Positions 53,230-61,527 of a stretch of 64,000 nucleotides of DNA are shown in pieces. The DNA is taken from NCBI GenBank assembly GCA_046758965.1, contig JBHIBG010000003.1:13829-77828 (forward strand), given 5' to 3'. The stretch comes from Candidatus Methylomirabilia bacterium (GTDB taxonomy: Bacteria > Methylomirabilota > Methylomirabilia > Rokubacteriales > CSP1-6). How positions within the stretch are numbered: position 1 is the first letter of the stretch; each line of letters begins with the position of its first letter. Position numbers and translations under genes: made by a program. The notes beneath the pieces are model-generated. The model did no database searches. It was given only the letters and a program-made list of their open reading frames with translations, and was not told the origin of the DNA.

Positions 53230-53267
53230 CTCTTCCACCTCCCCGTCCCACTCGATGGCGATGCCGC
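53230..53267. repeat. ~38-bp direct repeat, copy 1 (duplicate of osmC 3' end)
   Basis: ctcttccacctccccgtcccactcgatggcgatgccgc at ~53230 matches ~58269-58306 (osmC codons GIAIEWDGEVEE, antisense) with 1 mismatch. Confidence 0.75.
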
Positions 53268-53510
53268 AAGGTCCTCAGGCCGGGCGCGCAGGCGCTTCCC
53301 CCCCTAGATGATTCTGCTCTTCTGCCGCCTTCCCGCCTCTGCTAGCATGCTGATGGGCGTGGGACTGACCGGGCTACATGCCAGTGGTCACGCTCGAAGA
53401 GAGAGAGGATTCCTCTGGCGCTTTACCTCGGTGATCGGTTCGAGCTCCCTGTCACGCGTGAGGCGTGGCAATCGGGACACATTCCGCTCAATGGGGGATT
53501 CTGCCTCCTC

Positions 53511-55499
53511 GTGGATGCCACGGGCGAGCCCATCCCCGTGACCCTGAGGGCAGAGTCGGGGCAATCCGCCGTGGGGGTGTGGGATGGTGGGGGCGGGGTG
53601 CTTGACGTGCCAGGGTTGCGCGAGCTGGTCTTGATCACGGGCGCCTCAGGGCGACTCACGCTCCAAGTCGAGGAGGTCAAGGCCCCTACCTTCAGGGTTG
53701 GCCGTGAGGGCCGGACCCACGAGGACGACCCCGTGGATTTCTCCCCCAGAGAAATCGGCAGGGTTCCCGTGAGGTTTGATCCGCACGACGTGGAGATCCT
53801 CTCGGAGCTCGCGGAAGGGGCGCACGCCCCTCTGGAAGTCTACCAGCTCAACCGGTGGGCCCACACGATCGCCCTCACCCCCGGATTTGAGGAGCTGATC
53901 TCCCTTGCGTCCCTCAGGGAGGTGATCCCGTACGAGCACCAGCTCGCCGCCGTGAAGACTGTCCTCAACCGCATGCGAGGGCGGGCCCTGCTGGCTGACG
54001 AGGTAGGGCTGGGAAAGACCGTGGAGGCGGGGCTGATCCTCTCGGAGCTGCTGCGCAGGCGGCTGGCCCGCCGCGTGCTGGTCCTGGTGCCGCCCGGATT
54101 GGTGACCCAGTGGCAGGAGGAACTGCGTCGGAAGTTCTACCTCGACTTCGTGACCCACGACGCCGAGCCGTTCCGGCAGGAAGGCCCCGAGGCCTGGAAA
54201 CGGTTTGAGCGCGTGGTGGCCTCGTTTCACACCGCCAAGCGGCCGGAGCACGCCCGGGTGATCCTCCAGATCCCCTACGACCTGGTGATCGTGGACGAGG
54301 CCCATCACCTGAGAAACGCCCGCACGGTCCTCTGGCAGTTCGTCAATGTGCTGAGGAAAACCTATCTCCTCCTCCTCACCGCCACGCCGGCGCAAAACGA
54401 TCTGGAGGAGCTGTTCAACCTGGTGACGCTCCTGCAGCCGGGGCAGCTCAAGACTCTCAGGGCGTTTCGCCGGGATCATGTGGCCCGGGGCGACAAGCGC
54501 CAGCCGCGAGATCCGGAGGGCTTGAGGCGCCTGCTCTCCGAGGTCATGGTGAGGAACCGGCGGGCCACCACCCCGGTGGCGCTCACGCGCCGGGTTGCCC
54601 GGACCGTCATCGTTGAGCCGACCGCCGCCGAGCAGGAGCTGTACGTCGGGCTCTCCGACTTCCTTCGGGAGCACTACCGGCGGGGATCCGGAATCACCCG
54701 GATGATGGTGCAGACCCTTCAGATGGAGTTGGGTTCCAGCCCCCGGGCCGCCGCCCTCACTCTGGAGCGGCTCCTCTCCCAGCAGTGGGAGCTGTCGGTC
54801 CGCGACGGGCTGCACCGCTTCCTGGAACACGCCCGGAACATCGTCGACGATGCCAAGAGCCGGGCTCTCCTGGGTCTTCTCCGATCGTGGAGCGACAAGC
54901 TCCTGATCTTCACTCGCTTTCGTGCTACACAGGAGCACCTGGCCCGCCTCCTGCGGGAGACGGGGGAGCCATGCGCCCTCTATCACGGGGGCTTGCCCCG
55001 GCTGGAGAAGGAGGAGGTGGTCCGGGCCTTTGAGGGCCCCTGCCGGGTCCTGATCTCCACGGAGGCCGGCGGCGAGGGGCGCAATCTCCAATTCGCGCAT
55101 GGCCTTGTGAACTACGACCTGCCCTGGAACCCCATGCGGATCGAGCAGCGGATCGGCCGCCTCTCTCGGGTCGGGCAGACCCGGGACGTCTACGTGTTCA
55201 ACCTGGTGGCCCGTGGGACCATCGAGGAGACCCTCCTGGAGATCCTCGACGCCAAGATCAACATGTTCGAGCTGGTGATCGGAGAGATCGACATGATCCT
55301 CGGGCAGCTCGCCACCGACCAGGACTTTGAGGAGTTGGTCACGGACCTGTGGCTCACCTCCGAGGACCGCGAGGCCTTCCGCGTGAAGATGGAGTCCTTC
55401 GGGGAGCAGCTCCTCAGGGCCAAGCAGGCCTACCTCGGGATCAGGGAGCTTGAGGACCGGATCTTCGGTGACGCGCTGGCGCCCGGAGGGGGCGCGTGA
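53511..55499 (+). CDS. SNF2-family (DEAD/DEAH-like) helicase/ATPase with unique ~130-aa N-terminal domain
   Basis: Walker A ADEVGLGKT. Motif II is DLVIVDEAHHLRN, motif III is LLLTATP, and the helicase-C region is YDLPWNPMRIEQRIGRLSRVGQ. Alternative start codon at 53511. Confidence 0.8.
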   Translation: MDATGEPIPVTLRAESGQSAVGVWDGGGGVLDVPGLRELVLITGASGRLTLQVEEVKAPTFRVGREGRTHEDDPVDFSPREIGRVPVRFDPHDVEILSELAEGAHAPLEVYQLNRWAHTIALTPGFEELISLASLREVIPYEHQLAAVKTVLNRMRGRALLADEVGLGKTVEAGLILSELLRRRLARRVLVLVPPGLVTQWQEELRRKFYLDFVTHDAEPFRQEGPEAWKRFERVVASFHTAKRPEHARVILQIPYDLVIVDEAHHLRNARTVLWQFVNVLRKTYLLLLTATPAQNDLEELFNLVTLLQPGQLKTLRAFRRDHVARGDKRQPRDPEGLRRLLSEVMVRNRRATTPVALTRRVARTVIVEPTAAEQELYVGLSDFLREHYRRGSGITRMMVQTLQMELGSSPRAAALTLERLLSQQWELSVRDGLHRFLEHARNIVDDAKSRALLGLLRSWSDKLLIFTRFRATQEHLARLLRETGEPCALYHGGLPRLEKEEVVRAFEGPCRVLISTEAGGEGRNLQFAHGLVNYDLPWNPMRIEQRIGRLSRVGQTRDVYVFNLVARGTIEETLLEILDAKINMFELVIGEIDMILGQLATDQDFEELVTDLWLTSEDREAFRVKMESFGEQLLRAKQAYLGIRELEDRIFGDALAPGGGA

Positions 55500-56563
55500 G
55501 GCCGCCCGGCGGGATCGAGGCGTTTACCCTCACGGCGATCGAGCGCCTGGGTGGCGCGGTCGAGAAGCAGGCCGACGGGCTCTACACCTTCCTCTGGCCG
55601 GCCGAGGCTACGGGAGAGCTAGAGACCCCTCAGCTCGCTTTCGATCCTGAGGTGATCGATGAGGAGCCGGGCGCCGAGCTGGTCACGTTCGCCAGCCCCA
55701 TACTGGAGGAGATCGTCCAGCTTGCCACGGCCTCCGGTCGGGTCGCCCGGGCTTTCCTGAACGCGATTGCGAGCGCTTCGCGCGGAACGGCCGAGCGGCT
55801 GGCGTGGTCGTATCGTTTCCTCGACGCTTCCTGGACGGCCGAAGCCGGAAGGGCGTGGTGGCTCCCGGTGGGGCTCTTCCTGTTCCGAGCCCGGTATCTG
55901 TCCGATTCCCGAGAGGAGGATCTGGTGGAGGTGGCCATGAACCTGGCCGACGGGCGCATCCTCCGGCGCCTGGCCGAGGCGATCGAGCGCTATGGGCTCT
56001 CTCCCGATCCCCCGGAGGCCTGGCCGATGATGGCGGAGCTGCCAGCCAGCCAGGCCTACACGGTGGCGCGGACCGAGCTGGAGCGGAAGATTCTCTCGCC
56101 CCTCGGCCGGCGGCGTCGGGAGCTGGAGTCAAGGCTCGCGCGCGAGAGCGGACGGGCCGGGGCGTACTACGAGGAGCTGATCCGAGAACTCGAGGAGCAA
56201 CAGAAGAGCCTTCCCGCCGATGATCCCGGGCGAGCACCGCTGCAGTCGAAGCTGAGGGCCATTCGCCTTGAGCGCGAAGGCCGGCTCGCTGAGCTCCGGG
56301 GTAAGTACAAACTGGAGGCGGAGGTGGCGCTGCTGAGCGTCCTTCGTCTCTATCTGCCCCGGGTGGTCTTCCCGGGGAGGCTCACGGGGAAGCGCCAGGC
56401 GGCCGAGCTCACGCTGGTCTGGGACCCGGTGGAACAGGCCGGAGAGCCGGCCCCCTGTCGGCGCTGCCGAGGGCTCACCTACGAGATGGGTCTCCTTCGC
56501 TCCGGGGCGGTTGGCTGTCTCCCTTGCCTCGACGCAGAGGCCAACCAGCAAGGCAGGAGGTAA
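55496..56563 (+). CDS. hypothetical protein, coiled-coil with C-terminal CxxC-x16-CxxC zinc ribbon
   Basis: The GTG start overlaps the helicase stop (GTGA), implying co-translation. A Glu/Arg-rich predicted coiled-coil occupies the middle. The C-terminus reads PCRRCRG...CLPCL. Confidence 0.6.
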   Translation: MRPPGGIEAFTLTAIERLGGAVEKQADGLYTFLWPAEATGELETPQLAFDPEVIDEEPGAELVTFASPILEEIVQLATASGRVARAFLNAIASASRGTAERLAWSYRFLDASWTAEAGRAWWLPVGLFLFRARYLSDSREEDLVEVAMNLADGRILRRLAEAIERYGLSPDPPEAWPMMAELPASQAYTVARTELERKILSPLGRRRRELESRLARESGRAGAYYEELIRELEEQQKSLPADDPGRAPLQSKLRAIRLEREGRLAELRGKYKLEAEVALLSVLRLYLPRVVFPGRLTGKRQAAELTLVWDPVEQAGEPAPCRRCRGLTYEMGLLRSGAVGCLPCLDAEANQQGRR

Positions 56564-56699
56564 CAGCGACAGTAGCGAGCCGCTCCATGGACAAGAAGAG
56601 ACGCGAGGCCGAATGGGCCGAGGCAAAGCGCCGATGTCGCCTGAATGCCGAGACCCTGCAGATGGCGAAGGAGCTGCGGCTCAACCCACGAACGGAAAG

Positions 56700-57272
56700 C
56701 TGACCGCCTGGCCGCTCACTTCATCATCGACTTTTCCCGAAATCAGATAGTGGTTCGAGGCGGTAAGGGCAACAAGGACCGCTATACGATGCTTCCCGCA
56801 GCAGTCAAAGAACTCCTGCTGCAGCACCTCCAGGCGGTCAAACGCCGGCACGACGATGACCTCAAGCGCGGCCTCGGCCGGGTCGGCTTGCCCAACGCCC
56901 TCGAACGCAAATACCCAAACGCGGGGAAAGCACGGGGATGGCAGTGGCCGCTTCCCGCCTCAAGCCATTACACCGATCGGGTGACGGGAGAACGGCGCCG
57001 CCACCACATCCACGAATCGGTTCTCCAGAGGGCGATTAAAGAGGCCAGGCTCAAAGCCGGCATTGTGAAGCCAGCCAGCTCCCACACGTTGCGGCATTCC
57101 TTCGCCACTCGCCTGCTCGAGCATGGTTACGAACCCTGACCGTCCAGGAGCTCCTGGGCCACAGCGATGTCAGCACAACGATGATCTACACCCATGTTTT
57201 GAACCGGGGCGGCAGAGGAGTTCGCAGCCCGGCGGATGCGCTGACCATGGCGGTCAATCCGTCGCAGCCATA
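56700..57272 (+). pseudogene. intI: integron integrase (IntI) remnant, 5'-truncated and frameshifted
   Basis: QIVVRGGKGNKDRY and the IntI-specific insertion LPNALERKYPNAGKARGWQWPLPA...RRHHIHE...[21 protein letters not shown] are present. A frameshift near 57137 then continues in another frame as [31 protein letters not shown]. The N-terminal ~170 aa are absent. Confidence 0.75.
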
Positions 57273-57501
57273 AGGGGATTATGCTGACCATCGTCGCGGT
57301 GTTTGTCGGCGTCCGTGCTTTTGGAGAGGTTTGACAACGCATTGGAAACACGAGAGAATCGCCGCCGCTCGGTAGAGTTGCGAATAGGGGATGCGATCAC
57401 CATACTCAATAGTTAGCCGTCGCGCATTGATCGTCTAGCACGTTCGTGGTACGGTTCGGGTATCCTGAGCGTGCTGCGTAGCGGCAGCGTGGAGGGCATC
57501 G

Positions 57502-57684
57502 ATGTCAGGGAGCACCGCCAAGCAGAGGGTCCTCGAGGCGATCGAGAAGCTGCCAGCCGACGCCACGCTGGAAGATGCCATAGAGCGCCTCGTCTTCTTG
57601 GCGAAGATCGAGCGGGGGCTGGCGGAGCTGGACGCCGGCAAAGGCGTCGAGCACACCGAGGCTAAGCGCCGACTCGTCCGGTGA
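57502..57684 (+). CDS. putative addiction-module antitoxin (TIGR02574-like small antitoxin)
   Basis: 60-aa protein (AKQRVLEAIEKLPADATLEDAIERLVFLAKIERGLAELDAGKGV), immediately followed by a RelE/ParE-like reading frame. Confidence 0.65.
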   Translation: MSGSTAKQRVLEAIEKLPADATLEDAIERLVFLAKIERGLAELDAGKGVEHTEAKRRLVR

Positions 57685-57901
57685 CCCGGGTCATCTGGGC
57701 ACCCCAGGCCATCAGCGTATCGTCGGCGCGGTGACCCGACTTGAGAGCTTCCCTCGTTCCGGGCGAGTGGTACTAGAGGTTGGTGACGAGTCCCTCCGCG
57801 AGATCGTCCACGGCAGCTACCGAATCGTGTACCGGCTCAAGTCGGGGGTCGTCGAGGTTGTCACAGTGTTTCACGGTGCCCGGTTGTTTCGGCTCGACTG
57901 A
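57681..57901 (+). pseudogene. RelE/ParE-family toxin, internally deleted and frameshifted
   Basis: The N-terminal peptide VTRVIWAPQAISV stops at 57734. A second frame encodes the C-terminal RLESFPRSGRVVLEVGDESLREIVHGSYRIVYRLKSGVVEVVTVFHGAR. The middle of the toxin is missing. Confidence 0.6.
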
Positions 57902-57917
57902 AGCAGCGGTGGTGAGC

Positions 57918-57989
57918 GTCTAACTTCCCGATGAACCCGCCGCCGGCTCCGCCTCGCTTCGCCGCCGCGGGTTATCGCGAGCGTTAGCC
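57918..57989 (+). repeat. attC-like imperfect inverted repeat (candidate integron cassette recombination site)
   Basis: GTCTAAC (R''-like) ... aacccgccgccggc / gccgccgcgggtt (internal inverted repeat) ... GTTAGCC (R'-like). The whole span is ~72 bp and sits directly 3' of the toxin remnant. A second GTTAGCC occurs at ~57412. Confidence 0.3.
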
Positions 57990-58012
57990 CGCCGAAGTAA
58001 CACGTAGACGCA

Positions 58013-58260
58013 ATGAAAGGCTTATTCCACCTGAAGAGCGCCAAGGACCTCCTCGCCAAGCTGCGCCATGACTTCGAGCGCCTTCAGCGCGACCCTGTCG
58101 ACGCTTATGCTGCCTTCGACTTCCGCGTGACCGCGAGACATCTACCGGAATGGCTCTATCCGGGCGACCCTAGAAAGCAGGACGTGCCGTTCCAGAATAA
58201 CCTTATTCTTCAGGTCTGCCGGCAGATCGCTGATGGCGCCAAGCATATCTATGCTCCAGG
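58013..58260 (+). CDS. hypothetical protein, probably 3'-truncated
   Basis: The first ~80 codons (MKGLFHLKSAKDLLAKLRHDFERLQRDPVDAYAAFDFRVTARHLPEWLYPGDPRKQDVPFQNNLILQVCRQIADGAKHIY) look protein-like. The ORF then runs antisense into osmC with Pro/Arg-rich nonsense. Confidence 0.3.
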
Positions 58261-58262
58261 CG

Positions 58263-58727
58263 CTACTCCTCCTCCACCTCCCCGTCCCACTCGATGGCGA
58301 TGCCGCGTTGGACAGACTGTGCAGCCGGGCAGCCTTTTTCGTGAACCTCGATGGCCCGGAGAGTCTCCTCGCGCTTGCCCTTGGGAACCTTGACCTTGTA
58401 GTGCACCTTGATCTTCGTGATCAGCGGCTTGCCGTCCACGTTCTCGATGACTCCCTCGACTTCGGAGGACAGGCGGTCGGGCTGGCTCGGGATCTTCCGC
58501 GCTGCTAGCGCCCCGGCTAGCGTGCCGGTCATTCACCCCGCCACCGCGGCGATGACATGGTCAAGCGTGGTAGGCAGCTCCTCCTCCGGCTCGACGCCGT
58601 AGAACTTCTTGATCCCCCCGTGGACGCCGTATCGCACCGGCTCGGGGAAGGCCTCGATGTAGGCCCGGCGAACCGGCCCCTTGTCTTTGATGATCTTCAC
58701 CCTGGAAATGTGAATCAGCTCACCCAT
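58263..58727 (-). CDS. osmC: OsmC/Ohr-family peroxiredoxin with in-frame TGA at the peroxidatic Cys position (candidate selenoprotein, or nonsense-mutated pseudogene)
   Basis: Two adjacent ORFs, 58533..58727 (...LDHVIAAVAG) and 58263..58532 (MTGTLAGALAARK...HEKGCPAAQSV...), are separated only by a TGA at 58533-58535. Aligned to OsmC (LIGAAHAAC*FSMALS ... AKAGCPVSQ), the TGA falls exactly at the Cys59-equivalent codon. The second Cys is conserved. Confidence 0.6.
58269..58306. repeat. ~38-bp direct repeat, copy 2 (native osmC 3' end)
   Basis: Same sequence as copy 1. The two copies bracket a ~5.0-kb segment (helicase operon, intI remnant, TA cassette, truncated ORF). Confidence 0.75.
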
Positions 58728-58843
58728 AGCTGCTCCTCCTTGTGCCGCCTCGTCAACGCAGGCTTACTGGATCGTGATCCGTCACGCAGCACTATACTCG
58801 CCGGAGACCCAACGCGCTATTGTACAGGAAACCTCCCGGAGGC

Positions 58844-59854
58844 ATGGCTCGCTTGAGGTTCGAAGAGCTGAAGCGGTTCCTCGAGCGGTCGGCCGTGGCG
58901 GCCCACGCCCCCGACCGCGTGACGATGAGAGAGCGCTACCGCGGGGTCCTGGTGGGCGTGGCGGCCGGCAATGCGCTGGGCCTGGGCGTCGAGGGGTGGT
59001 CACGCAGGCTGATCGAGGCGCGGTTCCCCAACGGCGTGAGGGAGGCAGACGCCGCGGAGCGCGAGCGCCCCTGGGATGACGATCTGGCCCAGACCGCGAT
59101 CCTGGGGGAGGCCCTGCTGGCCGGGGAGGAGCTGACGCCTGAGGATCTGGCCTCGCGCCTTCTCCGCTGGGCGTACGACAACGGCCGCGGCATGGGGAAC
59201 CTGAGCTGGCGCGTACTCTCGGAGCTGGCTTCGGGAACGCCGCCAGCGGTCGCCTCTCGCCGGGTCTGGGAGCGGGACGGCCGCGCCCCGGCGGGCAACG
59301 GAGCCGTCATGCGGTGCGCTCCGGTCGCGCTCCGGTGGCGGACGTCCGGTCACCGGCTGGTGGAAGAGACGGCAACGAGCGCGCTTGTGACTCACTACGA
59401 TCCCCGCTGCGTCTGGTCCGCCGTAGCCTTGAACGTCGCGCTCGCCCTGTCCCTCGGCGGAGCCACTCCGGACCTGGAGGAGCTGGCGACAGCGCTGGAC
59501 CGCGCCGGCGCACCGGTCGAGGTGGGCGCGGCGATTCGATTCGTGCGGGGGCGCGCTCTCCCCGAGCTGCTCCTCGATCACCGCGCCGATATGGGATACA
59601 CGCTCAAGGCCATGCAGGTGGGGCTCTGGTCGCTGCAGCAGGAGCTTGATTTTGAGGAGGTGCTGGTTCGCGTGGTGAACGCCGGAGGAGATACCGACAC
59701 CAACGGCGCCGTGGCGGGAGCGGTCATGGGGAGCCGGGTCGGGGTTTCCGGCATCCCATCCCGTTGGGTGGCGAACATTCGGGAGGCCGGCCACCTGCTG
59801 GATCTGGCGGACCGCCTCTTTGAGGCGTGTGAGGGCGCGGGGGCTACCGGATGA
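58844..59854 (+). CDS. ADP-ribosylglycohydrolase family protein
   Basis: ARH fold markers are present. The C-terminal GDTDTNGAVAGAVMG matches the DraG/ARH metal-site motif. The start is probably MARLRFEEL at 58844. Confidence 0.8.
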   Translation: MARLRFEELKRFLERSAVAAHAPDRVTMRERYRGVLVGVAAGNALGLGVEGWSRRLIEARFPNGVREADAAERERPWDDDLAQTAILGEALLAGEELTPEDLASRLLRWAYDNGRGMGNLSWRVLSELASGTPPAVASRRVWERDGRAPAGNGAVMRCAPVALRWRTSGHRLVEETATSALVTHYDPRCVWSAVALNVALALSLGGATPDLEELATALDRAGAPVEVGAAIRFVRGRALPELLLDHRADMGYTLKAMQVGLWSLQQELDFEEVLVRVVNAGGDTDTNGAVAGAVMGSRVGVSGIPSRWVANIREAGHLLDLADRLFEACEGAGATG

Positions 59855-59973
59855 CGAACTCGAGCCGACGATGCGCCTGGCGCGGGGCTGCGTCGACTTC
59901 CCCGGGGCTCTCGGCTCTCGCAACGATGAACCCGAGGTACTGCCAGCCCTCCGGAGGCGGCACCAGCTCCTGG
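59791..59973. repeat. ~183-bp direct repeat, copy 1 (3' end of ARH gene plus duplicated 3' fragment of ATP-grasp gene)
   Basis: ccacctgctggatctggcggaccgcctc...ggaggcggcaccagctcctg is ~95% identical to 62330..62513. It contains the antisense coding sequence for ...PPPEGWQYLGFIVARAESPGEVDAAPRQAHRRLEFVIR*. Confidence 0.8.
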
Positions 59974-59974
59974 C

Positions 59975-60490
59975 GAGCTGGGCGTGACCGCGATCCTGCA
60001 CACCTAGGATCAGAACCTCTCCCAGCACATCCATGTGCACTGCGTCGTGACGGGCGGGGCCCTCTCGTCCGACGGCGCGCGCTGGATCCGGGCCTGGGCC
60101 GGCTTTCTATTTCCGGTCGGGACCCTGTTCAAGGTGCTCCGGGGAACCTGCCTCGCCGGCCCCGCGGCCTTCACCGCCTGGCTCGACCGCCTCCGCCACC
60201 AGGCCTGGGTGGTGTACTGCAAACAGCCTTTTGGCGGTCCCGAGCAGGTGCTCGCCTACCTCGCCGCTACACCCACCGCGTGGCGATCTCCAACGAGCCC
60301 CTTGTCAAGCTCCAAGACGGGATGGTGCGCCCCCGCTGGCGCGACTACGCCGACGGCGACCGGGTGAAGGTCCTCGAGCTCGAGGCGGCGGAGTTCATCC
60401 GGCGCTTTCTGCTCCACGTCGTTCCGGACGGCTTCGTGCGCATCCGCCACTTTGGCCTCCTGGCCAACCGTACGCGCCCCGTGTTCCGCT
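59975..60490 (+). mobile_element. IS91-family (Y2 HUH rolling-circle) transposase remnant: 5'-truncated, nonsense plus frameshift
   Basis: ...GVTAILHT*DQNLSQHIHVHCVVTGGALSSDGARW...WVVYCKQPFGGPEQVLAYL[frameshift]RRYTHRVAISNEPLVKLQDGMVRPRWRDYADGDRVKVLELEAAEFIRRFLLHVVPDGFVRIRHFGLLA. The conserved ILHTW shows TGG->TAG. A 1-nt deletion lies before RYTHRVAISN. The remnant begins right at the repeat boundary. Confidence 0.7.
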
Positions 60491-60624
60491 CCCGCCCAGC
60501 TTGTAGCATACCCCCGCCGGGGATAGAATCCCCCTATGGCCCCAGGGGCCCCGGTTCAGTACAACTGGTTTTATCCGTCAAGCTGCTGCACGACGGATAA
60601 AAGCCTCAGTGTTAGAGGAGCAAC

Positions 60625-61068
60625 GTGAAGAGAAAGGTGACGCGCAGGGGCACGCAAGACATCTGCCTCGCGGCGATCGTTGGTGCAGACGTATACCGCG
60701 TTTGGACTGACATGCTGCAGTATCTCGTGCCACAGGGGCGGACGCATCGGCTTGCTCCTCTTGTTGCAGGGATGCTACGGTTTGCGGCGGAGCGCGCGTT
60801 TCGTAAACACCGTGGGCGTCCGCCGAAGGGATCGCTTGCAGAGGCGCTGGTCTTCGCGGACGAGTTCGAGGAGGACGAAGAGGACGCACCGGATCTCGGC
60901 ACGACCCCGCCGGGACCCGCGCGGACATTACTGTCGGCGGCTACGGTTCGGCTTTTCCGCGACGCGAAGGTCAAGTACATCCGGACGAGCGCGCGGGGGG
61001 GCAGATACAGCATTGTCGATTCCGCACTTGCGGAATACCACCACTGGTTCGCGATGCCATGGGAATAG
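60625..61068 (+). CDS. hypothetical protein
   Basis: 147-aa ORF inside the inserted segment with an acidic stretch (EFEEDEEDAPD). No recognisable domain. Confidence 0.3.
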   Translation: MKRKVTRRGTQDICLAAIVGADVYRVWTDMLQYLVPQGRTHRLAPLVAGMLRFAAERAFRKHRGRPPKGSLAEALVFADEFEEDEEDAPDLGTTPPGPARTLLSAATVRLFRDAKVKYIRTSARGGRYSIVDSALAEYHHWFAMPWE

Positions 61069-61287
61069 CTCACGCTCTGAACGCCCGCGCGCGGACTAAC
61101 ATGTGCATACACCTGCCGGCCGGCCGATGGGCTTCGACAGCCGCCCGCCTCGCCTCCAGGCCCGCCGCAGGTGATGCCGGCGTTAGACTGGTGGACGTGC
61201 TGCGACTCCGCCTTGGCGTCGCGCAACATTGGCACCATGCGCGCTGCGATGGTTCCGGCCCGCCGCCGATGGGTGTAAGATGTCCGG

Positions 61288-61527
61288 GTGAGTCCGACAG
61301 TCTTTCGCCAGAGGGGTTTTCGCTTCTACTTCTTCTCGCGCGAAGAGCCCCGCTTGCATGTCCACGTGCATCACGCGGACGGAGAAGCGAAGTTCTGGCT
61401 TGAGCCCGAGATCGAGCTGGCGCAGAACTACGGCCTTGGCCCTCGCAGGCTAGCCACCGCTCTCGATCTCATCCGGAGGCATGACCATGAGATCCGCACT
61501 GCGTGGAAGAAGCATTTCGGAGGTTGA
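61288..61527 (+). CDS. DUF4160 family protein
   Basis: MSPTVFRQRGFRFYFFSREEPRLHVHVHHADGEAKFWLEPEIELAQNYG is the typical DUF4160 N-terminal signature. Confidence 0.6.
   Translation: MSPTVFRQRGFRFYFFSREEPRLHVHVHHADGEAKFWLEPEIELAQNYGLGPRRLATALDLIRRHDHEIRTAWKKHFGG

Noticed and set aside
56587-56703. 38-codon ORF (MDKKRREAEWAEAKRRCRLNAETLQMAKELRLNPRTES) just upstream of the intI remnant
   Set aside because: Too short, with no recognisable homology. It may be a fragment left at the deletion junction.
57273-57412. Second complete attC upstream of the TA cassette
   Set aside because: A GTTAGCC R'-like box exists at ~57412, but no complementary R'' box or inner inverted repeat was found upstream. 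Only the downstream site (57918-57989) is reported.
60612-61238. 208-aa minus-strand ORF in the inserted segment
   Set aside because: It is antisense to the 60625..61068 ORF and the DUF4160 region, with Ser/Arg/Ala-rich composition. Judged spurious.
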